This document shows positions 1 through 8,760 of a stretch of DNA of 41,122 nucleotides, piece after piece. The notes below the pieces were generated by a model that saw only the letters and a list, made by a program, of their open reading frames with translations, did no database searches and was not told the origin of the DNA. Each line of letters starts with the position of its first letter. Position 1 is the stretch's first letter. A program made the position numbers and the translations under genes. This DNA is from an uncultured Bacilli bacterium (GTDB lineage Bacteria; Bacillota_I; Bacilli_A; RF39; UBA660), in NCBI GenBank assembly GCA_944372025.1, contig CALVYE010000002.1, forward strand, positions 1 to 41,122, given 5' to 3'.

Positions 1-37
1 CTTCTATCCATTGTTTTTGATTTTCTTTTGTATTCAT
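1..37 (-). CDS. 5' end of an unidentified CDS running off the left edge (MNTKENQKQWIE...)
   Basis: ATG at 37-35 (complement), preceded by AAGAGG with a 6-nt spacer. The frame stays open to the window edge. Confidence 0.3.
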   Translation of the reverse strand, partial: MNTKENQKQWIE

Positions 38-120
38 ATAAAACCTCTTTCTTGATCAAAGAAATAAGTTTTATCATTTAGTACTTTTCTTTTATTTAAA
101 AATATAGTAATATATTAACC

Positions 121-185
121 AAGCACATGATTTTAGTTTATTTCTTTGGTCAGTTATATATACTAACATATCATGTGCTTTTTTT
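121..185 (+). other. 11-bp perfect inverted repeat (AAGCACATGAT / ATCATGTGCTT) with a 38-nt loop, followed by a T-run. Function unknown.
   Basis: Arms at 121-131 and 170-180, read directly, with T-run from 181. Lies in the divergent intergenic region upstream of the NifU-like gene. Confidence 0.3.
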
Positions 186-252
186 GTAGTTATTTTTTAT
201 TCATTTCTAGACTTTGCCTTGCCAATTTGGTACAATAATAATGGTGATAAAA

Positions 253-477
253 ATGAATGCAGAAAATAAAATAAAAGAAATTATAGAAAAAATTAAACCA
301 ATTTTACAAAATGATGGTGGAGATATAGAATTTGTAAAATATGAAGATAACATAGTGTATGTAAGTATTTCAGGGGTATGTATGCATTGTCATTTATTAG
401 ATTATACACTTGAAGGAGTTCAAGCTGCAATAATGGAAGAAGTACCTGAAGTTAAAAAAGTTGAACTAAGTATATAA
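253..477 (+). CDS. NifU/Nfu C-terminal-domain Fe-S scaffold-like protein (YutI-like)
   Basis: Roughly 75-aa protein with DGGDIEFV and a GVCMHC CxxC motif, typical of the Nfu/NifU C-domain. GGTGA RBS precedes the ATG at 253. The track ORF starts earlier, at 214. Confidence 0.75.
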   Translation: MNAENKIKEIIEKIKPILQNDGGDIEFVKYEDNIVYVSISGVCMHCHLLDYTLEGVQAAIMEEVPEVKKVELSI

Positions 478-480
478 ATG

Positions 481-516
481 AGATGATATTAAATAATTTA
501 ATATCATCTTTTTATT
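481..516. terminator. Bidirectional rho-independent terminator between convergent genes
   Basis: Perfect 13-bp stem AGATGATATTAAA / TTTAATATCATCT with loop TAAT, then TTTTT. Confidence 0.7.
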
Positions 517-1430
517 AGCCACTCTATTTCGGGAATATTATAATTTAATTTTAAAAAACTATAAATATCTATTAAAAACTCCTCATATTCTTCTTGTTTC
601 TCAATTATACTAACAATTTCTTCTTCAGAAGCAGTGCCTTCAAGTATTTCATCATACTTATCAAAAAAATATGTAGGATATAAAAGTCTTGCAAAAAACA
701 TTCTAGCACCAAATAAGGATAAAGGAGTACTATAAAAATATTTGTGTATTTCCTCCCATATATCTACTCTATTATAGAAAAATTTAAATTTTATATATTC
801 AGCAATATCCCTTATTTTATAATCTATTACAAAGTATAAAGGATTTAATAAATCAAAAATAGTTGTATTGTTACTGACTCTTCTATGACATATGACTAAT
901 TTATCCAAAGAACTAGGTTTAGTTTCAAGTGTGGTATTTTTAGCATATGAAATGGCATTTTCTGCAAGTCCTATATAGTAAGCAAAGCATTCTACAACTA
1001 CAGGATAATTTATTCCAAATTGGCTAATTTGATATTCTAAATAATCATTTTTTCTTTCCCATAAAAGTGTCCAATTAGATTTATTTAAAGTAGAATCAAT
1101 TTTTATAACAGGTGTATTGTTTGCTAAATAACTTAAATCATTAATATTAATAAGAGTATTTTCTTTTATAAAAGTTTTAAGAAGTACATAATTTATTCCA
1201 TTATGTTGAATTAAAATATCATTATTTTTGTTTAAAATTATTTGATGTACAGGAAAATTTCTAAGAAGAAGTTCTCTGTTTATTTCAAAAATTTCTTTTA
1301 ATTCATTGTCAGTACATATTATAGGATGCATATAATATTTAAAGTTATCAATTTTAAAAAAATAAATATCATCTTTTTGATGGATATCTACAGGATCTAA
1401 ATTGTAATAATATTTAAGTACGTTTTTCAT
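504..1430 (-). CDS. CotS/YutH-family spore-coat protein (kinase-like fold)
   Basis: About 308 aa, resembling CotS/YutH-type coat proteins. Neighbours YutI-like and YutD-like genes, as in Bacillus. GAGGTGG RBS precedes the ATG at 1430; the track start at 1439 is a GTG. Confidence 0.45.
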   Translation of the reverse strand: MKNVLKYYYNLDPVDIHQKDDIYFFKIDNFKYYMHPIICTDNELKEIFEINRELLLRNFPVHQIILNKNNDILIQHNGINYVLLKTFIKENTLININDLSYLANNTPVIKIDSTLNKSNWTLLWERKNDYLEYQISQFGINYPVVVECFAYYIGLAENAISYAKNTTLETKPSSLDKLVICHRRVSNNTTIFDLLNPLYFVIDYKIRDIAEYIKFKFFYNRVDIWEEIHKYFYSTPLSLFGARMFFARLLYPTYFFDKYDEILEGTASEEEIVSIIEKQEEYEEFLIDIYSFLKLNYNIPEIEWLIKR

Positions 1431-1476
1431 AGTATCCACCTCTAATTAAATTTATGAAAAGAGCCTTTTTTTATTA

Positions 1477-1506
1477 CAAAAAAAAGTTGACTAAATTTAG
1501 TCAACT
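1477..1506 (-). terminator. Rho-independent terminator
   Basis: Palindrome AGTTGACTAAATTTAGTCAACT at 1485-1506, followed on the minus strand by a T-run. Overlaps the stop codon of the 1497-2732 gene. Confidence 0.6.
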
Positions 1507-2732
1507 GGAGATATAGTTTCAAATGTTTGTTGAAACATAGAAATCTTTTTATTAAATTCTAATATTCTTCTATTTAGGTCGGCTTCTTTTTCAGATAGTT
1601 CTCTATCTTTTTTCTTTAATTCAAGCTCTTTATCTTTAGTTGTTTGAAGAATGTATTTTTGTCTATTTTCTTTATTGATAATTTCTTTTTCAATTTTTGA
1701 TAGAACTCTTTCTCTAGCTTCAAGTTCTCTATTCTTATTGTTTAATTCTTTTTCATATTCAGCAAGCTCACTAACTTTTCTCATAAATTCCAAACCTATA
1801 GTTTGTATTATATTCTCTTTGTTTTCTTCTTTTTTAGGTTCTTCAATATTTTGATAATATGAAGCTTTATTTAAAATTGAATCAACATTTGGTTGTTCTT
1901 TTGGTTGAACAGGTTCAGGATCTATTTCATACGATTTAAAATTATCTTTAGAATCATCAACTTCTGGAGCTTCAAATTTTGGAATTTCTGGAAGTTCAAC
2001 ATCTTCATCTAGCTCTTCTTTTTTAGGTTCAGTTTTTGGAACTTCAAAAGTTGGTGTAGGAACTACAGTAACTTTTGGAGTTTCTACTTCAGCACTTCTA
2101 TCTATAGATGGTTCAGGTGTACGTTCAACTTTTGGAGCTTCTGTTTGTGGTAAAGGAGAAACTTTAACTTCTGGTTCTACTTTTGGCGTAACTGGTTCAG
2201 GTGCAACAGGAGTTTGTACTTGAGGTTGTTGTGTTTCTACTTCAGGCATAACTACAGGTTCTTCAATTGTATTTACTGTTCTTCCTGTATTTTGTGGTTC
2301 TTCATCTACCACATTATTTAAATAATTATTACTTATACCTGTTTTATAATTAGGACCAATTTTAGCAGCTTTTGTTTCAGATAATTTAACAGAAATAGGC
2401 TCATTCATTTTTCTTTTTATACTAGCAGCAGAAATAAGTTTAATATCCCCATTTGCAATATAATTAGATTTTTCTTTTGCAGTATCTTTCATTACATCTT
2501 TAATCTTAGTCCATTCTGCTGCATCACTAATTGATTCAAAGGTATAAAATCCATCTTGTTCAATGACTCTAGATGCATATATTTTTACTAAGCCTTGTGC
2601 ATCTTCTTCATTAAATGTATATATAGCATATTTATTACCTGTCTCTTTTATCTCAAAAATACTGATGACATTAGCATCTATTTCTTTTGCTTCTTCGGTA
2701 ATTATTTTTATAGTCATATTTTCGTTATTCAT
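1497..2732 (-). CDS. Hypothetical protein: DUF1292-like N-domain, Pro/Glu/Val/Lys-rich linker, C-terminal coiled coil
   Basis: AGGTGA RBS precedes the ATG at 2732 (MNNENMTIKII...). The N-terminus resembles the DUF1292/UPF0473 pattern. The middle is low complexity (PEVETQQPQVQTPVAPEPVTPKVEPEVKV...). The C-terminus is rich in charged heptads. Confidence 0.35.
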   Translation of the reverse strand: MNNENMTIKIITEEAKEIDANVISIFEIKETGNKYAIYTFNEEDAQGLVKIYASRVIEQDGFYTFESISDAAEWTKIKDVMKDTAKEKSNYIANGDIKLISAASIKRKMNEPISVKLSETKAAKIGPNYKTGISNNYLNNVVDEEPQNTGRTVNTIEEPVVMPEVETQQPQVQTPVAPEPVTPKVEPEVKVSPLPQTEAPKVERTPEPSIDRSAEVETPKVTVVPTPTFEVPKTEPKKEELDEDVELPEIPKFEAPEVDDSKDNFKSYEIDPEPVQPKEQPNVDSILNKASYYQNIEEPKKEENKENIIQTIGLEFMRKVSELAEYEKELNNKNRELEARERVLSKIEKEIINKENRQKYILQTTKDKELELKKKDRELSEKEADLNRRILEFNKKISMFQQTFETISPVD

Positions 2733-2850
2733 AATAATATCACCTATACCCTTTTTATTATTCAAACTCATTTTATCACATAAATTCAATAATTCCAATA
2801 CAAATTTAAAAAAAATATCAAAATTCGATATTTTTTTAGTGATTTAGTTC

Positions 2851-3123
2851 CTATTTGTGCTGTTTAAGTACAAAATATTTGCATCCATATGCACAGTAAT
2901 TGTCAATATAATCTTTTAAATTGTCTATATTGTTTACAGATTTTACTTTTTTATTACTTTTATCGTAAAATCCCTTTAATCTTAACTTTGAATATGCAAT
3001 ATCACCTACTATATAATCATAATCATAGAAATAATCTGTAAATAATTTTTCAAATTCTTCTTTATCAAAACAATTTTTTTCATCTTCTATTATTTCAAAT
3101 TTATGTTCATTAACTTCTATCAT
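2851..3123 (-). CDS. yutD: YutD-like protein (DUF1027)
   Basis: 90 aa with the DYDYIVGD and GFYD pattern typical of YutD. Its start overlaps the upstream stop by 4 nt (ATGA). Confidence 0.55.
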   Translation of the reverse strand: MIEVNEHKFEIIEDEKNCFDKEEFEKLFTDYFYDYDYIVGDIAYSKLRLKGFYDKSNKKVKSVNNIDNLKDYIDNYCAYGCKYFVLKQHK

Positions 3124-4838
3124 TTTCTATACTCCTTTTTATAAGTTTCTATTTGAGATCTATATTTATCTAAACTACTTGTAGCATTCCATGTCATATA
3201 TCCACCATTTAACCCATTATCGAAAAGCGCTCTTATTTGCTCATCCACTTGGGAAGCTCCATATACAAATCCTCCAGATTGTTTATAATTTGGTACATCA
3301 TATGTTTGAACCCAGGTACGTGCAATTGCAGGAGTTGGGATTTCTGTTTGCCTTAAGGCTGCGTAATTACTTGCCCAATAATTTAATATATCATAAGGTT
3401 TAGTCCAAACGGGTTCTTTAAAACCATATTCATACTTACTAAAATGGTCAGGATATGGCATTGCGCTTATTACATCAACTACATTAGAAATAGCAGCCCA
3501 ATATTGTCCGTATGCTGTTACATATTTATGAGCAGATTCTCCAAAGACATCGGCTGAAACATAGACATTAAGCTTGTGTAATTCATCACAAGCATACATT
3601 AGAAATCTTTGTATTGCTTGAGCTTTTTCTTCTCCGTAATCATTTCTAAAGTCCATTAACCCTTGTTTTTCATATTCTAAGACTCTATCTGGAAATCTTA
3701 CATAGTCAAATTGAATTTCGTTAAATCCCATTTTAGTTACTGCATCTTTGGCAAGTTCTACATTAAATGTCCAAACATCTCTTTTAAAAGGGCTTGGCCA
3801 ATATGTATTGGAATGCAAGAAAGGTCCGCCTGTTCTTGTATCCATTATAGCATTTTCAGGATGATCTGTAGCATAAAATTTATCTTTAAAGACTGTAATT
3901 CTTCCTATTACATAAAAACCTGCATCTTTCAATTTTTTTATTGCTACTTTATATTCTTCTTCTGTGTTAGCAGCTTTAGCAAAATTAGTAGGAGAATACT
4001 CTTTCATAACATCAGAATCATAAGCAGGTGCTTCATTATCTTTAATATCTACTACAAAAGAATTAATATTAGTTTCTTTGGCAAACTCTATATATTCATC
4101 TACTCTACTTATTACATCTTTCCCACCATTTAAATATAATGCATATACAACATCAGGCATTTTATTATCTTCAAATTTAGGTTTCTCTACAGGATAATAG
4201 TCCAAATTACCTGCATTACCTGCTCCTAAAGTATCTCCCCTTGTTGCATGTAAATCATGATATTTTTCTTTTTCATAAAAAGCATTTGCACTATCTTGAT
4301 CAAAGACCATATATTTTCCATATACATATCCTACAATATCCCCATACTTAACTTGATAAAGATTTACTTTACCATTTATTAATTTATCATAACCTAAAAC
4401 TTTTAATTCTTCGCCTTTTTTAGCAAGTCCTATTATTTTTTTACCATCTTTACCCTGAAGTATCGATGCAGGAGTTCTTACAAAAATACTTTCTTCAGTG
4501 GCTAATTTTTTATTGCTGTCTGTTAGATTATCTTTTAAAACTAAGTATTCTTTATCTTCATATTCGATTTTTTCATATATTTTTCCGTCTTTATCTTTTA
4601 TTTCTTTACTATCTTTAATTTTTACTTTTTCACCACGATTTACACTCTTTATATTTTTAAAATTTTCATCATATAAATTTACTGTTGTAATGTTAGATTT
4701 TAAATAATATTCTTTTTCGGTTTTTACCATACCCTTTTTATTCATTACAAAATAAATTAAAAAGCTAATACCTAAAACTATTAGAATAGTCAAAATTATA
4801 TTTGCTACTTTATAATTTTTTTTATTTGTATTAGCCAT
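3120..4838 (-). CDS. Membrane-anchored putative glycoside hydrolase (DUF4015/GHL-type TIM barrel) with SH3-like N-terminal repeats
   Basis: N-terminal TM helix. The FNEIQFDYVRFP motif is characteristic of the DUF4015 putative glycosyl hydrolase family. AAGGTGA RBS present. Confidence 0.5.
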   Translation of the reverse strand: MANTNKKNYKVANIILTILIVLGISFLIYFVMNKKGMVKTEKEYYLKSNITTVNLYDENFKNIKSVNRGEKVKIKDSKEIKDKDGKIYEKIEYEDKEYLVLKDNLTDSNKKLATEESIFVRTPASILQGKDGKKIIGLAKKGEELKVLGYDKLINGKVNLYQVKYGDIVGYVYGKYMVFDQDSANAFYEKEKYHDLHATRGDTLGAGNAGNLDYYPVEKPKFEDNKMPDVVYALYLNGGKDVISRVDEYIEFAKETNINSFVVDIKDNEAPAYDSDVMKEYSPTNFAKAANTEEEYKVAIKKLKDAGFYVIGRITVFKDKFYATDHPENAIMDTRTGGPFLHSNTYWPSPFKRDVWTFNVELAKDAVTKMGFNEIQFDYVRFPDRVLEYEKQGLMDFRNDYGEEKAQAIQRFLMYACDELHKLNVYVSADVFGESAHKYVTAYGQYWAAISNVVDVISAMPYPDHFSKYEYGFKEPVWTKPYDILNYWASNYAALRQTEIPTPAIARTWVQTYDVPNYKQSGGFVYGASQVDEQIRALFDNGLNGGYMTWNATSSLDKYRSQIETYKKEYRK

Positions 4839-4887
4839 AATTTCACCTTATTTCTATAATATATCTAGCCTCATTATAACAATATTA

Positions 4888-5688
4888 TTAGTTGATTGCA
4901 ATACTAAAAGGGTCCGACTCCTTATTTATACCATTAGAAAAATATGTAGGTACTTTACCTTCTATAATCTTTATTGCAACAGGAATATCAGTACTTATTT
5001 TTACTACTTTAGATGTAAAAGGCAGTGCTACTTGTTCACTTACTTCTGCTCTTATTGAAAGTTCTATAATTGCGTTATTTATTCCATAGTCTTTGACATT
5101 TGTTTTAACGGAACATTCTACAGAATCTACAAGATTTAATTTAACAGGAATTTTAGGACCTAAATTAGATAAAAAAGTATTTTTAGTTATTAGTCCCAGT
5201 GGCATCTCATAAATTATACCTTGTTTTAATTTCTTATTATCATAATTTATAGTAACTCCTTCAGGTAGTTCAATCATATCTATTTTACCCTCTTGTAACC
5301 ATTTTAAATTAAGTTGAATGGTATTTGTGATTGAATTTAGAGTCTTGTTTACTATGTAAGGATTAAAATCGATAGATTCTATTTCTCCAGATTCATTTTT
5401 GTTTGTAACGATTAATTCATCTAATTCTATTTCATTTGCAATCTGTTTAGATACTGCTCGATTTATAATTATAGTTGCAAGTTTCTTGGTTTCTAATTCT
5501 GCATGTTCTAGAAGTATTGGAGTAGCTTTTTTACTAAAAATACTTATTAAAATATATGTAAGTACTACTACAAAACTTAGTATTATCAAAAATTTATTTA
5601 ATATTAATCTAGTTTTAGATTTTTCTTCTTTTTTTCTATTGTATTTTCTCCTCTTTTTTAATTTAATTCTTTTTGTCAATTTAATCAC
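4888..5688 (-). CDS. yunB: Sporulation protein YunB
   Basis: About 260 aa with a basic N-terminus, one TM helix and a YunB-like body. Bacillus-like yut/yun context. The start is ambiguous: GTG at 5688, or TTG at 5679 after AGGTGA. Confidence 0.55.
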   Translation of the reverse strand: MIKLTKRIKLKKRRKYNRKKEEKSKTRLILNKFLIILSFVVVLTYILISIFSKKATPILLEHAELETKKLATIIINRAVSKQIANEIELDELIVTNKNESGEIESIDFNPYIVNKTLNSITNTIQLNLKWLQEGKIDMIELPEGVTINYDNKKLKQGIIYEMPLGLITKNTFLSNLGPKIPVKLNLVDSVECSVKTNVKDYGINNAIIELSIRAEVSEQVALPFTSKVVKISTDIPVAIKIIEGKVPTYFSNGINKESDPFSIAIN

Positions 5689-5703
5689 CTATTAAATTGT
5701 ATG

Positions 5704-5731
5704 AAAAAACCTTAGAAAAAACTAAGGTTTT
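5704..5731 (-). terminator. Rho-independent terminator after the coupling-protein gene (left edge of the T4SS/Tad block)
   Basis: Stem AAACCTTAG / CTAAGGTTT (5707-5715 / 5722-5730) with a 6-nt loop and a T-run on the minus strand. Confidence 0.65.
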
Positions 5732-5733
5732 GT

Positions 5734-7854
5734 TTAATCATCTGAAAAGAAATCATCGAAGAATTGATCATCACTAACTTCATCATTAGGTCTATCTTGA
5801 ATACTTTGATGTACTACAGGCTTTTTAACTATGTTATCTGATATAACAGGTTTTTTGTCAATTTCAGGTTTTGATATGACTTCATTAGAAGTTTCTTTAA
5901 CTTCTTCTTTTGGTTGTACTTTAGGAGTACTTTCTTTCTGCTTTTTAGCTATTTCTTCTTTTTCTTTAGCTTCTTCAGCTTCCAATTCAGCTATTTTAGC
6001 ATCTATCTTTTTAACTAATTCATCAACATCAAAATCATCATCTTTATTGTCAGGTGTTGGAAGTCCAAATGGATTGAATGGCATAGGTGGAACATCAGGC
6101 CTTTTAGTATTAGATGAAGGTTCATCTAATATGCTAAAAAGATTATTTTTCTTTTTTTCTTTAACAAATTCTTTTATATCAAATACATTTAACGTTTTCT
6201 TTTGTCTTGTTGGAAATACAGCTTTTTCAAAAGCTTGATTTCCCCAATTCATTTTATAATCTGGAGTAAATTTTGTTTTAAATGGGAATTTTCTTAATCT
6301 AAGAACAATTATTTCAAATTGTTTCATTCTTTGCAAATCACTTACCGTAACAAGTGGGGTTGAAGCTGTTTTATCTTTATCTTTAGATTTTACTTCCCCA
6401 CAAAGTTTACTAATTTCTTCAAGAGCTTGTAATTCTGTACTTATTAGATAAATTATATTACCACAGTTACCTTTTAGGGTTTCTGCGTTTTCTTTTCCAT
6501 AAACTTGGGTTAATTGTGCAAAGTTTTGAATAATAAAATTAAATCTTATCAATCTTGAACGTGCGGCAGTAATCATTGTTGTTACATCTTTTAAAGGTGG
6601 CATGTTAGCAAACTCATCTAGAATAAAGTTCGTTCTAACAGGAAGTTTACCACCATTTTCTTGAGCAACATCAATAAGTGTTTCATATACTTGTTTTAAG
6701 AATATTGTCGCAAGTGAATGATATGTCTTCTTTTCATCTTGAATTACTAAGAAAACTGCAGTTTTTTGTTTACCAATGTCTTGCATATCAAAATCACTAT
6801 AAGAAAGCATTTCAGATAAATTTTCTTTGGAAGAGAATAATTTTATTTTTTGTCTAAATACTGAAAGAATACTTCCTTTAGTGTCTGATGGAGCATTGAT
6901 TGTACTAGATGCATTTACATATGCAGGTTTAGAATGATCTTTCATATTAAAATATTCTTTTATATATGTTGAACCTGCAAACTTTTCTTCTCCATCGGTA
7001 CTCATTAAGTTAATACTATTAATATTTATTTTGCTTTCATCAGTATCTTCAAATAACCCTAAAGATAATCCTGTAAAGTAGTCTGCAGAAGTTTTTTCCC
7101 AAAATGGATCATTACTTTGACTTTTTTCATCATAAAGAATATTTATAGCTAAGTCATCTAAAAGTTCGGTTGCTTTATCTGAATTTCCCATTTTATATAA
7201 TTTATATGGTAATTGGAAAGGGTTCCAAGCATTACCTCTTTGAGGATCACGTAAATTAATTACGATAATATTATATCCTTTACTTTTTAATAAGTTAGCA
7301 GTTTTTTCATATATTTCACCTTTTGGATCGGTAAGAATCATTGATTCACCTTTTTTAGCTAAAGTTTGAACAAGTGGAAAAACAATGGTTTGAGTTTTAC
7401 CAGATCCTGTTGAACCTATAATAAGACTGTGATATTCACTGTCATCAACCCAAATTGTTTTGCCATCATTTATAAGTCCTATACCTGCATATTGACTTGT
7501 AGGTGCGGTAGGATTTACAGGTTTTAGTTCACTTTTTATTTCACTTTCTTTTGCCCATCTAGAATATCCACTTTCTTTTTTATTTGTAGAAAATCCTACT
7601 CCTTTTTCCATACTGAAAAATCTTGATTGTACACTTGCAATACCAAATAATACAAATAGAATAAAAAATACAATTGTAGGTTTTAAATAGTCAGGATTTA
7701 TGAATGCTTCAATTGGATTAAGTCCATATAGTCTTCCTTCTCTTGATAGAGTTGTAATATTTAAAACTCCTATTGCAACTAAATATAAAATTAAAACTAA
7801 ATATAGACAAAAGATTATCCAATCTTTTTTATCAGCAGTAAATTTTAATTTCAT
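5734..7854 (-). CDS. Type IV coupling protein (VirD4/TraG family)
   Basis: Two N-terminal TM helices, Walker A GSTGSGKTQ, and TDPKGE and NAWNPF-type motifs typical of VirD4/TraG. Long charged C-terminal tail ending DDQFFDDFFSDD. GGAGGTG RBS precedes the ATG at 7854. Confidence 0.8.
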   Translation of the reverse strand: MKLKFTADKKDWIIFCLYLVLILYLVAIGVLNITTLSREGRLYGLNPIEAFINPDYLKPTIVFFILFVLFGIASVQSRFFSMEKGVGFSTNKKESGYSRWAKESEIKSELKPVNPTAPTSQYAGIGLINDGKTIWVDDSEYHSLIIGSTGSGKTQTIVFPLVQTLAKKGESMILTDPKGEIYEKTANLLKSKGYNIIVINLRDPQRGNAWNPFQLPYKLYKMGNSDKATELLDDLAINILYDEKSQSNDPFWEKTSADYFTGLSLGLFEDTDESKININSINLMSTDGEEKFAGSTYIKEYFNMKDHSKPAYVNASSTINAPSDTKGSILSVFRQKIKLFSSKENLSEMLSYSDFDMQDIGKQKTAVFLVIQDEKKTYHSLATIFLKQVYETLIDVAQENGGKLPVRTNFILDEFANMPPLKDVTTMITAARSRLIRFNFIIQNFAQLTQVYGKENAETLKGNCGNIIYLISTELQALEEISKLCGEVKSKDKDKTASTPLVTVSDLQRMKQFEIIVLRLRKFPFKTKFTPDYKMNWGNQAFEKAVFPTRQKKTLNVFDIKEFVKEKKKNNLFSILDEPSSNTKRPDVPPMPFNPFGLPTPDNKDDDFDVDELVKKIDAKIAELEAEEAKEKEEIAKKQKESTPKVQPKEEVKETSNEVISKPEIDKKPVISDNIVKKPVVHQSIQDRPNDEVSDDQFFDDFFSDD

Positions 7855-8016
7855 AATTAAAACACCTCCAAAGTTTAACGGCAAATATATTATATCATTT
7901 TAAAGTCAATAAATAAAGAAGTTTATTTTATTATATTCATTATTATAATATTAAATTTACTCAATAAAATAAAAAATTACAAAATTCAACTTGTAATCTT
8001 TCATAAATAATAAGTA

Positions 8017-8760
8017 TTATAATTTACTCGCACTTTTATTTTTAAAATATAAATATAGTGCAGCTCCTCCAATTATAACAATAAATATTCCAGCTACAAA
8101 AATTATAGTGAGGTAATTATTGTTTTGTTTTTCTTCTTCACTAACATAATTTTCATCTTTAGCTAAAATCATTTCTATTTTCTTATTGCCAGCATCTTCA
8201 GCTTCAACATTCCAAATATATTTTTCATCTTCTACTTTATCAGCATTATGACTAACTACTTTGTATGAAGATGTTAGCGTAATTTTTATGTTTTCTAGCA
8301 TTTTTCTAGCATTAAAACAATTACTTGCATCTTTTGCATATATTTGTATTGTTTCTTTACCATTTCCAAAACTAAAATTCTTAAAACATGATCTTACTGC
8401 ATTTGATTCATTATAATCATCTAATGCAAAAGTATAATTATATTTAATTCCTAAAGACTCATTATTACTTATAAGTTCTTGATTATAGTATTCTACACCA
8501 TCCATTTTAATAGGTTCATAAGGATTTCCTCCTCTTTGATAAAAGGAACCTGTTGGCCAATTAACATTTTCCATAACACTAGATCTATATGTTATATCAG
8601 TATGAGGAAAAATAATATCATCCCATTTACTGCTGTCATTTTCAGTAAATTCCACTGTTTCTTCTACACCATTTTCAGTAATATTGACATTATAGTTTGC
8701 TGTACATCCAACAAGAAATATCGAAAGTATTAAACAATAAATTAATTTAGTTTTTTTCAT
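8017..8760 (-). CDS. Lipoprotein with an additional C-terminal TM anchor, T4SS-associated, function unknown
   Basis: Signal peptide with lipobox LVGC, and a hydrophobic helix near the C-terminus (IIFVAGIFIVIIGGAALYLYF). Shares 1 nt with the upstream gene. Confidence 0.5.
   Translation of the reverse strand: MKKTKLIYCLILSIFLVGCTANYNVNITENGVEETVEFTENDSSKWDDIIFPHTDITYRSSVMENVNWPTGSFYQRGGNPYEPIKMDGVEYYNQELISNNESLGIKYNYTFALDDYNESNAVRSCFKNFSFGNGKETIQIYAKDASNCFNARKMLENIKITLTSSYKVVSHNADKVEDEKYIWNVEAEDAGNKKIEMILAKDENYVSEEEKQNNNYLTIIFVAGIFIVIIGGAALYLYFKNKSASKL

Noticed and set aside
1651-1854. Plus-strand 67-aa ORF inside the 1497-2732 gene. Similar antisense ORFs occur at 2563-2847, 2595-2783, 3191-3403, 3711-4133, 4498-4707, 4892-5089, 5399-5695, 5831-6238, 7700-7903 and 8479-8733.
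   Set aside because: All lie antisense to long, well-supported minus-strand genes. They have Phe/Ile/Leu/Ser-rich low-complexity translations typical of the reverse strand of AT-rich coding DNA, and they lack RBSs.
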